Shown: in pieces, positions 48,362 to 58,312 of the stretch
How positions within the stretch are numbered: position 1 is the stretch's first letter
How the letters are laid out: each line of letters begins with the position of its first letter
DNA from: Sphingomonas bacterium
Lineage (GTDB): Bacteria > Pseudomonadota > Alphaproteobacteria > Sphingomonadales > Sphingomonadaceae
Direction of reading: 5' to 3'
DNA: 64,000 nt
Assembly (NCBI GenBank): GCA_047602705.1
Contig: JASGGR010000002.1
Span: 1,908-65,907, forward strand
Made by a program: the position numbers and the translations under genes
The notes under the pieces: model-generated
The model's input: the letters and a program-made list of their open reading frames with translations, nothing else
Databases searched by the model: none
What the model was told of the DNA's origin: nothing

Positions 48362-49447
48362 ATGGGCGATCCGCTTGCCACGATCATGACCGGGCGGCTC
48401 GGCTGCCGCCTGCCCGTGATCCAGACCGCGATGGGCTGGGTCGCCGAGCCGCCGCTCGTCGCCGCGTCTTGCGAGGCGGGCGCGTTCGGCTTTCTCGGCG
48501 CGGCGGTGATGACGCCGGGCGAGGCGGCGGCGAAGATCGCCGACGTCCGCAAGCGCACGTCGCAGCCGTTCGGCGTCAACTTCCACATGTTCCAGCCCGG
48601 CGCGGGCGAGATCGTCGAGACGATCCTCGCCAATCGCGAACAGGTGCGCGCGGTGAGCTTCGGGCGCGGGCCGGACGCAAAGATGATCGGCCGTTTCAAG
48701 GACGCCGGCATCCTGTGCGTGCCGACCGTCGGCGCGGTGAAGCACGCCAGGAAGATGGTCGAGCTGGGCTGCGACATGGTGACGGTGCAGGGCGGCGAAG
48801 GCGGCGGGCATACCGGCGCGGTCGCCACCACCGTACTGCTGCCGCAGGTGCTCGATGCGGTGAAGGTGCCGGTGATCGCGGCGGGCGGCTTCGCCGACGG
48901 GCGCGGGCTGGCGGCCGCGCTGGCCTATGGCGCGGTCGGCATCGCGATGGGCACGCGCTTCCTGCTGACGGCGGAAAGCGCGCCGCCGGCCGCTGCCAAG
49001 CAGGTCTATCTCAAGGCCGGCACCGACGACATCCACGTCACCACCAAGATCGACGGCCTGCCGCAGCGCATGGTCCGCACCCCGATGTTCGACCGGATCG
49101 AGAAGTCCGGCCCGCTCGGCATGTGGCTGCGCGCGATCGAGGGTGGCCTCGCGATGAAGAAGCGCACCGGCGCGAGCTGGGGTGAGTTGATCGCCGCCGC
49201 GCGCGGCATGACCAGCCATGGCGGCCTGAGCTTCATGCAGGCGATGATGGCCGCCGCCGCCCCGACGCTGATCCAGAAGGCGGTGGTGGACGGCGACGTC
49301 GAGCATGGCGTGATGGCGACCGGCCTTGTCGCCGGGCGGATCACCTCGCTCCCCACCTGCGCCGACCTGCTCGCCGATATCGAGCGCGAGGCGCGCGTGC
49401 GCATCGCCGCGCTGACCGCGACCGCCGCTAACGAGAAAGCCGCCTGA
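48362..49447 (+). CDS. ipdC: nitronate-monooxygenase-family flavoprotein of the HIP pathway
   Basis: PVIQTAMGWVA, QGGEGGGHTG, AAGGFADGRGL, MGTRF. Confidence 0.8.
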   Translation: MGDPLATIMTGRLGCRLPVIQTAMGWVAEPPLVAASCEAGAFGFLGAAVMTPGEAAAKIADVRKRTSQPFGVNFHMFQPGAGEIVETILANREQVRAVSFGRGPDAKMIGRFKDAGILCVPTVGAVKHARKMVELGCDMVTVQGGEGGGHTGAVATTVLLPQVLDAVKVPVIAAGGFADGRGLAAALAYGAVGIAMGTRFLLTAESAPPAAAKQVYLKAGTDDIHVTTKIDGLPQRMVRTPMFDRIEKSGPLGMWLRAIEGGLAMKKRTGASWGELIAAARGMTSHGGLSFMQAMMAAAAPTLIQKAVVDGDVEHGVMATGLVAGRITSLPTCADLLADIEREARVRIAALTATAANEKAA

Positions 49448-50196
49448 TGCCGATCCGCACCCACATTGCCGACAATATCGGCGAGGTCATCCTCGATCAC
49501 CCGCCGGTCAACGCGCTCGACAGCGCGGGCTGGAACGAGCTGCCCGGCATCATCGAGACGCTCGGGCGCGATCCCGAAGTGCGCTGCGTGCTGATCCGCG
49601 CCGAGGGCAAGGGCTTCTGCGGCGGCGTCGACATCAAGGAGATGCAGGCGCACCCGGAGCGGATCGTCGATCTCAACCGCGGCAATTACTGCACGTTCCG
49701 CGCGGTGCGCGGCTGCGAGGTGCCGGTGGTGACGGCGGTGCATAATTTCGTGATCGGCGGCGGTATCGGCATTTGCGGCGCGTCAGACGTGGTGATCGCG
49801 GCGGAGGGCGCGTATTTCTCGCTGCCCGAGGTCGATCGCGGCGCGATGGGGGGCGCGAGCCACCTCCAGCGCATGTTCCCGATCCAGAAGGTCCGCGCGG
49901 CCTTCTTCACCGGCGGGCGCATCCCGGCGGAGGAAGCGTATCGCATCGGCGCGATCGAGAAGCTGGTCCCGGCCAACAGGCTGTATGAGGAGGCGCGCAC
50001 CTTCGCGGCGGTTATCGCGTCGAAGAGCCGCAAGGCGCTTGTGATCGCCAAGGAGGCGCTGAACGGGCTTGAGCCGCGCGACGTCGATCACGGCTATCGC
50101 TTCGAGCAGGGCTTCACGCTCGAAATGTACATGCACGAGGATAGCCAGAAATCGCGCGACGCCTTCGTCGAGACCAAGGGGGCGGCGCAGTTCTGA
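49447..50196 (+). CDS. echA20: enoyl-CoA hydratase family protein (HIEC-CoA hydrolase-like)
   Basis: PPVNAL, GGVDIKE, GGGIG, LPEVDRGAMG, YRFEQGFT. Confidence 0.82.
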   Translation: MPIRTHIADNIGEVILDHPPVNALDSAGWNELPGIIETLGRDPEVRCVLIRAEGKGFCGGVDIKEMQAHPERIVDLNRGNYCTFRAVRGCEVPVVTAVHNFVIGGGIGICGASDVVIAAEGAYFSLPEVDRGAMGGASHLQRMFPIQKVRAAFFTGGRIPAEEAYRIGAIEKLVPANRLYEEARTFAAVIASKSRKALVIAKEALNGLEPRDVDHGYRFEQGFTLEMYMHEDSQKSRDAFVETKGAAQF

Positions 50197-51356
50197 TGGA
50201 CCTGGCCTACACCCCCGAGCAGCAGGCTTTCCGTGCGGAAGTGCGCGCGTGGATGGAAGCGCATGTGCCGAAGGAGCCATTGCCGACGCTCGAAGGCCGC
50301 GCGGGCTTCGACCTGCACGTCGCATGGGAGCGCACGCTCGCCTCGGGCAACTGGGGCATGGTGACATGGCCCGAAGCCTATGGCGGGCGCGGGCTGGACC
50401 TGATCCGCTGGCTGATCTTCGAGGAGGAATATTATCGCGCCGGGGCGCCGCTGCGCGCCAACCAGAACGGCATCTTCCTGCTCGGCCCGACGATCATGGA
50501 GTTCGGCACCGACGCGCAGAAGGCGCGCTTCCTCACGCCGATGGCGAAGGGCGAGGTGATGTGGGCGCAGGCATGGTCGGAGCCGAACGCCGGCTCCGAC
50601 ATGGCGGCGATCCGCTCGCGCGCGATCCGCGACGGCGACGATTACGTCATCTCCGGCCAGAAGACCTGGTCGAGCCGCGCGGCCTTCGCCGACTGGGGTT
50701 TCGGCCTGTTCCGCACCGACCCGGAATCGAAACGGCACAAGGGGCTGAGCTTCATCCTCGTGCCCCTGGACGCACCGGGTGTGACGATCCGCCCGATCCG
50801 CCAGCTCCACGGCGAGACCGGCTTCGCGGAAATCTTCTTCGACGAGGTGCGCGTCCCCGCCGCCAACCGCATCGCTGGTGAGGGCGAAGGGTGGAACGTC
50901 GCGATGGCGACCGCCGGCTTCGAGCGCGGGCTGATGCTGCGCAGCCCGGCGCGCTTCCAGGCGGCGGCGAAACGGCTGGTCGAGCTGTATCGCGAGCGGG
51001 AGGCGGACGCCTCCCCCGCCGCGCGCGAGGCGGTGGTGAAGGCATGGGCGGAGGCGGAGGCCTATGCGCTCAACACCTACAAGGTCGCCTCAACCGTGAT
51101 GGCTGGCGGCAGGATCGGCGCGGAGGCGAGCCTCAACAAGATATTCTGGTCCGAGCTGGATCGCGCGCTGCACCGCACCGCGATGAGCCTGATGGGCGCG
51201 GCGGCGGAGCTGAAGGCGGTCGGCGGCCGCGTCAACCAATGGCTGGAGGGCTATATCTTCTCGCTCTCCGGCCCGATCTACGCCGGATCGAACGAGATCC
51301 AGCGCAACATCGTCGCCGAGCGGCTGCTCGGTCTGCCGCGACTGGGGGCGGGCTGA
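50196..51356 (+). CDS. acyl-CoA dehydrogenase (FadE31-like)
   Basis: WAQAWSEPNAGSD, GQKTWSSR, GPIYAGSNEIQRN. Confidence 0.88.
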   Translation: MDLAYTPEQQAFRAEVRAWMEAHVPKEPLPTLEGRAGFDLHVAWERTLASGNWGMVTWPEAYGGRGLDLIRWLIFEEEYYRAGAPLRANQNGIFLLGPTIMEFGTDAQKARFLTPMAKGEVMWAQAWSEPNAGSDMAAIRSRAIRDGDDYVISGQKTWSSRAAFADWGFGLFRTDPESKRHKGLSFILVPLDAPGVTIRPIRQLHGETGFAEIFFDEVRVPAANRIAGEGEGWNVAMATAGFERGLMLRSPARFQAAAKRLVELYREREADASPAAREAVVKAWAEAEAYALNTYKVASTVMAGGRIGAEASLNKIFWSELDRALHRTAMSLMGAAAELKAVGGRVNQWLEGYIFSLSGPIYAGSNEIQRNIVAERLLGLPRLGAG

Positions 51357-52327
51357 TGGAATTCGCGTTCACGCAGGACCAGATCGAGCTGCGCGACGGC
51401 GTGCGCGCCTTCCTAGAGGGCACGCACGGCCCCAAGGTGCTGCGGCGGCTCGATGCGGAGGGCGGCCGCGATCCGGCGATCTGGCGGTCGCTGGTCGAGA
51501 TGGGGCTGGCCGGGCTGATCGTGCCCGAGGCGCAGGGCGGCCTCGGGCTGGGGCTGATCGAGGCGGTGCTGGTCGCGGTCGAGCTTGGCCGCGCCAACCT
51601 GTCGGAGCCGATCGTCGATACCGCGCTGGTCGCGCCGCGCCTGATCGCGGACGAGGCGCGGCTCGCGGCGATCGCATCGGGCGAGCTGAAGGTCGCGCTG
51701 GCGCACCGGGCCAATCCATGGGTAGCGGATGCCGATCAGGCCGGGTTGGTGCTCGGCGGTGCTGCGACCGGCGAGCGGCTGGAGAGCGCCGATCCGCTGC
51801 GGCGACTGTTCGCTGTGGAGCGGGCGGACGCCGATCCCGCCATGCTCGATCTCGCCGCGCTGATGGCGGCGGCGCAGCTTGTCGGCGGGAGCGAGCGGAT
51901 GCTGGCGCTCGCCACCGATTACGCCAGGGACCGCGAGCAGTTCGGCCAGCCGATCGGCGCGTTCCAGGCGATCAAGCACCACCTCGCCAGCGTCGCGGTG
52001 GCGCTGGAGTTCGCGCGGCCGGTGCTGTGGCGTGCGGCTTATGCGCTCGATCACGGCCATGCCCGCGCAGGCGTCCACGTCAGCCACGCCAAGCTCGCCG
52101 CGACCGATGCGGCGATGCAGGCAGCGGAGACGGCGATCCAGGTCCATGGCGCGATGGGCTACACCTATGAGGTCGATCTCCATTACTGGATGAAGCGCGC
52201 ATGGGCGCTCGCCGGGGCATGGGGCGACCGCGCCTTCCACCTCCGCCGCCTCGACGACGCCGTGATCGGCGGCACGATGGCGATCGGCCCGGACCAGACT
52301 TTCGAGACAGGAATGCAACATGGCTGA
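51356..52327 (+). CDS. acyl-CoA dehydrogenase small subunit (FadE32-like)
   Basis: REQFGQPIGAFQAIKH, QVHGAMGYT; translationally coupled to both neighbours. Confidence 0.85.
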   Translation: MEFAFTQDQIELRDGVRAFLEGTHGPKVLRRLDAEGGRDPAIWRSLVEMGLAGLIVPEAQGGLGLGLIEAVLVAVELGRANLSEPIVDTALVAPRLIADEARLAAIASGELKVALAHRANPWVADADQAGLVLGGAATGERLESADPLRRLFAVERADADPAMLDLAALMAAAQLVGGSERMLALATDYARDREQFGQPIGAFQAIKHHLASVAVALEFARPVLWRAAYALDHGHARAGVHVSHAKLAATDAAMQAAETAIQVHGAMGYTYEVDLHYWMKRAWALAGAWGDRAFHLRRLDDAVIGGTMAIGPDQTFETGMQHG

Positions 52328-53471
52328 AGCCTATATCGTCGATGCGGTGCGCGCCCCGATCGGGCGCAAGAAGGGCACGCTCGCGGGTGTCCACCCCGCC
52401 GATCTCGGGGCGCACCCGATCAAGGCGCTGATCGCGCGCACCGGCGTAGACCCGGCGGCGGTGGACGACGTGGTGTGGGGCTGCTGCGACACGATCGGGC
52501 CGCAGGCAGGCGATATCGGCCGCACCGCATGGCTCGCCGCCGGGCTGCCGGAGGAAGTGCCGGGGGTGACGATCGATCGCCAGTGCGGCTCCTCGCAGCA
52601 GGCGGTGCATTTCGCCGCGCAGGGCGTGATGAGCGGCACGCAGGATCTGGTCGTCGCGGGCGGCAGCCAGGCGATGAACGCCATCCCCATTTCCGCCGCG
52701 ATGTTCGCGGGCCAGCCCTATGGCTTCGACGATCCGTTCCGCGGCTCCGCGGGGTGGCAGGCGCGCTACGGCGACGAGGAGGTCAACCAGATCAAATCGG
52801 CCGAGATGATCGCCGGCAAATGGGGCATCACCCGCGAGGCGATGGAGGCGTTCGCGGTCGAATCCCACGCCCGCGCGCAGCGCGCGACCGAACAGGGCTG
52901 GTTCAGGGGCGAGATCGCCCCGCTCGCCGGGCTGGAGGTGGACGAGACGATCCGGCCGGCGACCAGCATGGAGGGCCTCGCCGCGCTCAAGCCGGTGCGC
53001 GAGGGCGGCGTCATTACCGCCGGCGTCGCCAGCCAGAATTGCGACGGCGCGGCCGCGCTGCTGATCGCGAGCGAGGCGGCGGTGAAGGCGCATGGCCTGA
53101 AGCCGCGCGCGCGCATCCACCACCTCTCCGTCCGCGCCGCCAATCCGGTGTGGATGCTGACCGGCCCGATCCCCGCCACGCAATATGCGCTGGCGAAGGC
53201 AGGCATGGGAATCGCCGACATCGACCTGTTCGAGTGCAACGAGGCGTTCGCCTCCGTGCCGATGGCGTGGATGAAGGAGCTCGGCGTGCCGCACGAGAAG
53301 GTCAACGTGGCTGGCGGCGCGATCGCGCTCGGTCATCCGATCGGCGCGACCGGCGCGCGGCTGATGACCACCCTCCTCAACGCGCTGGAGCGCACCGGCG
53401 GCCGCTACGGCCTGCAAACCATGTGCGAAGGCGGCGGGCAGGCCAATGTCACCATCATCGAAAGGCTGTGA
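52320..53471 (+). CDS. fadA6: acetyl-CoA acetyltransferase (HIP-pathway thiolase)
   Basis: MAEAYIVDAVR, DRQCGSSQQA, NEAFA, GHPIGATG, GLQTMCEGGGQAN. Confidence 0.85.
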   Translation: MAEAYIVDAVRAPIGRKKGTLAGVHPADLGAHPIKALIARTGVDPAAVDDVVWGCCDTIGPQAGDIGRTAWLAAGLPEEVPGVTIDRQCGSSQQAVHFAAQGVMSGTQDLVVAGGSQAMNAIPISAAMFAGQPYGFDDPFRGSAGWQARYGDEEVNQIKSAEMIAGKWGITREAMEAFAVESHARAQRATEQGWFRGEIAPLAGLEVDETIRPATSMEGLAALKPVREGGVITAGVASQNCDGAAALLIASEAAVKAHGLKPRARIHHLSVRAANPVWMLTGPIPATQYALAKAGMGIADIDLFECNEAFASVPMAWMKELGVPHEKVNVAGGAIALGHPIGATGARLMTTLLNALERTGGRYGLQTMCEGGGQANVTIIERL

Positions 53472-53478
53472 GCGGATC

Positions 53479-53931
53479 ATGACCAACCCCGCGATCGATA
53501 TCCCCAACCTGCTCTATCGCTACGCCGACGCGATCGATTCCGCAGACTTCCATCGCGCCGCGCGGATGTTCCGCCACGGCTGCCTCGTCACCGGCGGGAG
53601 CGAGCTGCGCGGCGAGGACGCGATCGTCGCGATGTGGAAGAGTTGGGTGCATCTCTATGCGGACGGCACGCCGCGCACCCGCCACATCATCACCAACCCG
53701 GTGATCGAGCTTTCCAAGGACGGCCGGAGCGCGACCTGCCGCTCGCAATGGACCATCCTCCAGGCGACCGACGACCTGCCGCTTCAGGTGATCGCCGCCG
53801 GCCATTATGCCGACAAGCTCGCGATCATCGACGGCGAATGGCATTACACGGAGCGCCAGTATCTCGCGCCAGAACTGACCGGCGACATGAGCGGCCACCT
53901 GCTCCGCGCCATCGCGCGCCGGGAGGCTTGA
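53479..53931 (+). CDS. NTF2/SnoaL-fold protein
   Basis: NLLYRYADAID, DGTPRTRHIITN, AAGHYAD. Confidence 0.8.
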   Translation: MTNPAIDIPNLLYRYADAIDSADFHRAARMFRHGCLVTGGSELRGEDAIVAMWKSWVHLYADGTPRTRHIITNPVIELSKDGRSATCRSQWTILQATDDLPLQVIAAGHYADKLAIIDGEWHYTERQYLAPELTGDMSGHLLRAIARREA

Positions 53932-53933
53932 GC

Positions 53934-54839
53934 ATGGGTATCTGCGACGGACGCACCGTCATCATCACCGGCGCGGCGCGCGGGCTGGGGCGCGCCTATG
54001 CGCTCGCCTTCGCCGCCGAGGGCGCGAACGTGGTGGTGAACGATATCGGCACCTCGCTCGGCGGCGAGGGGCGCGACACCAGCGCGGCCGATGAGGTGGT
54101 GGCGGAGATAAAGGCGGCGGGCGGCAAGGCCATCGCCAATTACGAGGATATCACCGACTGGGATGCGGCGAAGCGGATCGTGGATGCAGCCGTCGCCGCG
54201 TTCGGCGGGCTGGACGTGGTGGTCAACAACGCCGGGATCGTGCGCGACCGCATGTTCGTCTCCGCGACGCCCGAGGAATGGGACGCGACGATGCACGTCC
54301 ATCTGCGCGGCCATTTCTGCCTGTCGCGCCACGCGGTCGACTATTGGCGCGCGCGGCAGAAGGCGGGCGAGGCGGTGGACGCGCGGATCATCAACACGAC
54401 GAGCGGCGCCGGGCTGCAAGGCTCGATTGCGCAGGCCGCCTATTCCACCGCCAAGGGCGGGATCGCCGCGCTGACCCTGGTGCAGGCGGCGGAGCTTGGC
54501 CGCTACGGCATCACCGCCAACGCGCTCGCTCCCTCGGCGCGCACCCGCATGACCGAACAAGCCTTCGCGGAGAAGATGGCGACCGGGGGACAAACGTTCG
54601 ACACGATGGACCCGGCCAATATCGCTCCCACGGTGGTGTGGCTGGGCAGCGCGCAGTCCGCGCACGTCACCGGCTGCGTGTTCGAGCTTGAGGGGGGCAG
54701 GATCATGCTGGAGAACGGCTGGCGCGAAGGGCCGGTGGTCGATGCCGGCAAGCGCTGGGCGCCGGCCGATGTCGGCGCGGCGGTGGACGGGCTGCTCGCG
54801 GAGCGGATCGCGCCGCGCAAGGTATGGGGGACGGCCTGA
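53934..54839 (+). CDS. SDR oxidoreductase of the C/D-ring pathway
   Basis: TGAARGLG, VVVNDIG, NNAGIVRD, YSTAK. Confidence 0.9.
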   Translation: MGICDGRTVIITGAARGLGRAYALAFAAEGANVVVNDIGTSLGGEGRDTSAADEVVAEIKAAGGKAIANYEDITDWDAAKRIVDAAVAAFGGLDVVVNNAGIVRDRMFVSATPEEWDATMHVHLRGHFCLSRHAVDYWRARQKAGEAVDARIINTTSGAGLQGSIAQAAYSTAKGGIAALTLVQAAELGRYGITANALAPSARTRMTEQAFAEKMATGGQTFDTMDPANIAPTVVWLGSAQSAHVTGCVFELEGGRIMLENGWREGPVVDAGKRWAPADVGAAVDGLLAERIAPRKVWGTA

Positions 54840-55897
54840 TGCAATTCGCCTTCACCGAGGAACAGGCGATGATCGCGGAGACGGCGCGTGCCTTCTTCGC
54901 CGGGAACGCCACCAGCGAACGCACCCGCCGCGCGATGGAAGGCGACGGGATCGACCGTGAATTATGGGCAAGCTTCTGCACCGAGCTCGGCCTCGCCGGG
55001 ATCGCGGTGCCGGAGGCGCATGGCGGCTCCGGCCTCGGGCTGGTCGAGTTCGCGACGATTGCCGAGGCTGCCGGCGCGCAAGTCGCCGCCCTCCCCCTGC
55101 TCGGCCTCGCCATGCCCGCCCGCGCGATCGCGGCCGGGGGCAGCGAGGCGCAGAAGCAGGAATGGCTGCCGAAGCTCGCGTCGGGCGAGGTGATCGCGGC
55201 ACCGGGCGGGAGCCATGACCTGTGCATCGCGGACGGCAAGCTGACCGGCACGGTGGATTTCGTGCCCCACGGCGGGATCGCGGACGTGTTCGTCCTCGCG
55301 TCGCTGGAAGGCGCATGGATTGTGCGCGCCGATGCGCCTGGCCTCACGATAGAGCGCCCGGTGACGATGGACCAGACGCGTCCCCTCGCCCGCGTCACGC
55401 TCGCCGACACCCCCGGCGATCCGCTGCCCGACTGGCAGGCGGGGCTGGAGGCGGCACGCGCCGGCGGCTGGATATGCGTCGCGGCGGAGGCATTAGGCGG
55501 CGCGCAGGCGACGCTCGACCGCACCGTCGGCTATGCGCAGGAGCGCGTGCAGTTCGGCCGCCAGATCGGCAGCTTCCAGGCATACAAGCACCGCCTCGCC
55601 GACATGATGGTGGAGATCGAGCAGGCGCGCTCGGCGGTCTATTGGGCGGCCTGCGCGGTGGACGAAGACTCGCCGGAAGCCCCGCTCGCGCTGCACAGCG
55701 CCAAGAGCTTCGCGGCCGACACCTATAGCCGCTGCGCGGGCGACATGATCCAGCTCCACGGCGGGATCGGCTTCACCTGGGAGCATGACGCGCATCTGTT
55801 CTTCAAGCGCGCCCGCGCGATCCGCTCGATGCTGGGCGACAGCGACTGGCACCGCGAGCAGGTGGCGAACATCATCGGATTGGGAGAAGCGGCATGA
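54839..55897 (+). CDS. acyl-CoA dehydrogenase small subunit (FadE33/IpdE2-like)
   Basis: MDQTRPL, RVQFGRQIGSFQAYKH, QLHGGIGFTWEH. Confidence 0.87.
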   Translation: MQFAFTEEQAMIAETARAFFAGNATSERTRRAMEGDGIDRELWASFCTELGLAGIAVPEAHGGSGLGLVEFATIAEAAGAQVAALPLLGLAMPARAIAAGGSEAQKQEWLPKLASGEVIAAPGGSHDLCIADGKLTGTVDFVPHGGIADVFVLASLEGAWIVRADAPGLTIERPVTMDQTRPLARVTLADTPGDPLPDWQAGLEAARAGGWICVAAEALGGAQATLDRTVGYAQERVQFGRQIGSFQAYKHRLADMMVEIEQARSAVYWAACAVDEDSPEAPLALHSAKSFAADTYSRCAGDMIQLHGGIGFTWEHDAHLFFKRARAIRSMLGDSDWHREQVANIIGLGEAA

Positions 55898-57078
55898 GGC
55901 TGGGATTCTCGGCCGGGGACGAGGCGTTCCGCGCGGAGGCGGCGGACTGGCTCGCCGATCAGATGTCCGGCGAGTTCCGCGACATCAGGGGCGTGCTTGG
56001 CCTGACGGTGATGGCCGAACGCCGCAAGGAATGGGAGCAGCAGCTCGGCCGCCATCGCTGGAGCTGCATCGGCTGGCCGAGCAAATGGGGCGGCCGCGAC
56101 GCGACGCCCGAGCAGCAGGTGATCTTCGCGGAGGAATATGCCCGCTCCGGCGCGCCGGGCCGCGTCGGGCACATGGGGATTGAGCTGGCCGGGCCGACCA
56201 TCCTCGCCTTCGGCACCGAGGAGCAGAAGGCGCGCTTCCTCCCCGGCATCGCCTCGGGCGAGGTCTTGTGGTGCCAGGGCTATTCGGAGCCGAACGCAGG
56301 GTCCGACCTCGCCTCGGTGCGCACCCGCGCGCGGGTCGATGAAGCGACCGGCGAATGGGTGGTGGACGGGCAGAAGATCTGGACCAGCCTCGCGCAGATT
56401 TGCGACTGGATCTTCGTCGTCACGCGCAGCGAGGAAGGATCGAAGGGGCCGAAGGGCCTCACCTTCCTGCTGATGCCGATCGACCAGCCCGGCATCACCA
56501 TCCGCCCGATCCGGCAGATCAACGGCGACGCCGAGTTCAACGAGACCTTCTTCGACGGCGCGCGCACGGCGGCGGAGAACCTCGTCTCCACGCCGGGCAA
56601 CGGCTGGCAGGTAGCGATGGGGCTGCTGGCGTTCGAGCGCGGCGTCTCCACGCTCGGGCAGCAGATGGGCTTCCGGCACGAGCTGGACGCGATCATCGCG
56701 GCGGCGAAGGCGAACGGTTCGGCGAGGAACCCGCTGATCCGCCAGCGCATCGCGAAAGCGGAGATCGGCCTCAGGCTGATGCGCTACGGCGCGCTCAGGA
56801 TGCTCAGCAACACCGATCACGCGCGGCCGGACGGCGCGGCGCTGACCTACAAGCTGCAATGGGCGACGTGGCGGCGCAATCTCGGCGAGCTGGCGATGGA
56901 CGTGCTCGGACAGGCCGGCGAGGTGACGGCGGGGCCGGATTACGATTTCCCGATGCTGCCCAGCCTGTTCCTCTCGTCACGTGCCGACACGATCTACGGC
57001 GGCACCAACCAGATCCAGCGCAACATCGTCGCCGAGCGCGCACTCGGCCTGCCGCGCGAACCGCGAGGCAACGCATGA
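55894..57078 (+). CDS. acyl-CoA dehydrogenase (FadE30/IpdE1-like)
   Basis: WCQGYSEPNAGSD, GQKIWTSLA, SRADTIYGGTNQIQRN. Confidence 0.88.
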   Translation: MRLGFSAGDEAFRAEAADWLADQMSGEFRDIRGVLGLTVMAERRKEWEQQLGRHRWSCIGWPSKWGGRDATPEQQVIFAEEYARSGAPGRVGHMGIELAGPTILAFGTEEQKARFLPGIASGEVLWCQGYSEPNAGSDLASVRTRARVDEATGEWVVDGQKIWTSLAQICDWIFVVTRSEEGSKGPKGLTFLLMPIDQPGITIRPIRQINGDAEFNETFFDGARTAAENLVSTPGNGWQVAMGLLAFERGVSTLGQQMGFRHELDAIIAAAKANGSARNPLIRQRIAKAEIGLRLMRYGALRMLSNTDHARPDGAALTYKLQWATWRRNLGELAMDVLGQAGEVTAGPDYDFPMLPSLFLSSRADTIYGGTNQIQRNIVAERALGLPREPRGNA

Positions 57079-57854
57079 CCCCCGCCCCCGCATATCCCGC
57101 CCCGCGCGGGCTGTTGAAGGACCGCACCGTCGTCGTCACCGCCGCCGCCGGCACCGGCATCGGCTTCGCGGTCGCCAAGCGCGCCGCCGAGGAAGGCGCG
57201 CGCGTGCTCATCAGCGACTTCCACGAACGCCGGCTGGGCGAAGCGGCGGACGCGATCGCGGAAGCGGTCGGCACCCGCCCCGAAACCTGCCTGTGCGACG
57301 TGACCAGCGAGGCGCAGGTGCAGGCGCTGCGCAACGCGGCTCTGGCGAAGCTCGGCCATGTCGATGTGCTCATCAACAATGCCGGGCTGGGCGGCGAGGT
57401 GCCGGTGGTCGACATGACCGACGAGCAATGGTCGCGCGTGATCGACGTGACGCTCACCAGCGTGTTCCGCATGACCCGCGCCTTCCTGCCCGCGATGACC
57501 GCGCGCGGCACCGGCGCGATCGTCAACAACGCCTCCGTGCTCGGCTGGCGCGCGCAGAAGGGTCAGGCGCATTATGCCGCCGCCAAGGCGGGCGTGATGG
57601 CCTTCACCCGCTGCGCGGCGGTGGAGGCGGCGGAACAGGGCGTGCGGATCAACGCGGTCGCCCCGTCGATCGCGATGCACCCCTTCCTCGCCAGGGTGAC
57701 GACCGACGAATTGCTCGCCAAACTCTCCGCGCAGGAGGCGTTCGGCCGCCCCGCCGAGGTGTGGGAAGTGGCGAACGTGATGATCTTCCTCGCCTCCGAC
57801 CTGTCGTCGTACATGACGGGCGAGATCGTCTCGGTATCGAGCCAGCGGGCATGA
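57075..57854 (+). CDS. ipdF: SDR, 5-OH-HIC-CoA dehydrogenase-like
   Basis: Characteristic TAAAGTGIG, NNAGLGG, NNASVLGWRAQ, YAAAK. Confidence 0.82.
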   Translation: MTPAPAYPAPRGLLKDRTVVVTAAAGTGIGFAVAKRAAEEGARVLISDFHERRLGEAADAIAEAVGTRPETCLCDVTSEAQVQALRNAALAKLGHVDVLINNAGLGGEVPVVDMTDEQWSRVIDVTLTSVFRMTRAFLPAMTARGTGAIVNNASVLGWRAQKGQAHYAAAKAGVMAFTRCAAVEAAEQGVRINAVAPSIAMHPFLARVTTDELLAKLSAQEAFGRPAEVWEVANVMIFLASDLSSYMTGEIVSVSSQRA

Positions 57855-58312
57855 GCGCGCGCGTCTATTCGCATCCGCGCGACCTGATCGGGCAGGAAGG
57901 CACCGCGCTCGGCCCGACCGGCTGGCTCGCGATCGAGCAGGATCGCGTCGACGGCTTCGCGCAGGTGACGGGCGATCACCAGTGGATTCATGTCGATGTC
58001 GAGCGCGCGAAGGCCGGTCCGTTCGGCGGCACGATCGCGCACGGCTATCTGACGATGAGCCTCGTCAACCTGTTCCTCCCCGACCTGATCGAGGTGCGCG
58101 GCTTCACCCATGCGGTGAACGTCGGCGCGGATCGGCTGCGCTTCCTTGCGCCGGTGAAGGTCGGGTCGTGCATCCGTGGCGTGGGCGAGATCGTTTCGGC
58201 CGAGGAGGTGAAGGGCGCGATCCAGTCCATTGTACGCGTCACCGTCGAGATCGAGGGCGGCGACAGGCCCGCCTGCGTGGTCGATACGATCAGCCGCTAT
58301 TTCCCGGAGTGA
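57851..58312 (+). CDS. MaoC-family (R)-hydratase
   Basis: FAQVTGDHQWIHVD, GTIAHGYLT, RFLAPV. Confidence 0.9.
   Translation: MSARVYSHPRDLIGQEGTALGPTGWLAIEQDRVDGFAQVTGDHQWIHVDVERAKAGPFGGTIAHGYLTMSLVNLFLPDLIEVRGFTHAVNVGADRLRFLAPVKVGSCIRGVGEIVSAEEVKGAIQSIVRVTVEIEGGDRPACVVDTISRYFPE

Noticed and set aside
10554-49306. Other long overlapping ORFs (10554-12386, 12187-14103, 33320-35437, 37060-38907, 47252-49306)
   Set aside because: All lie antisense to well-supported genes and lack recognisable domains.
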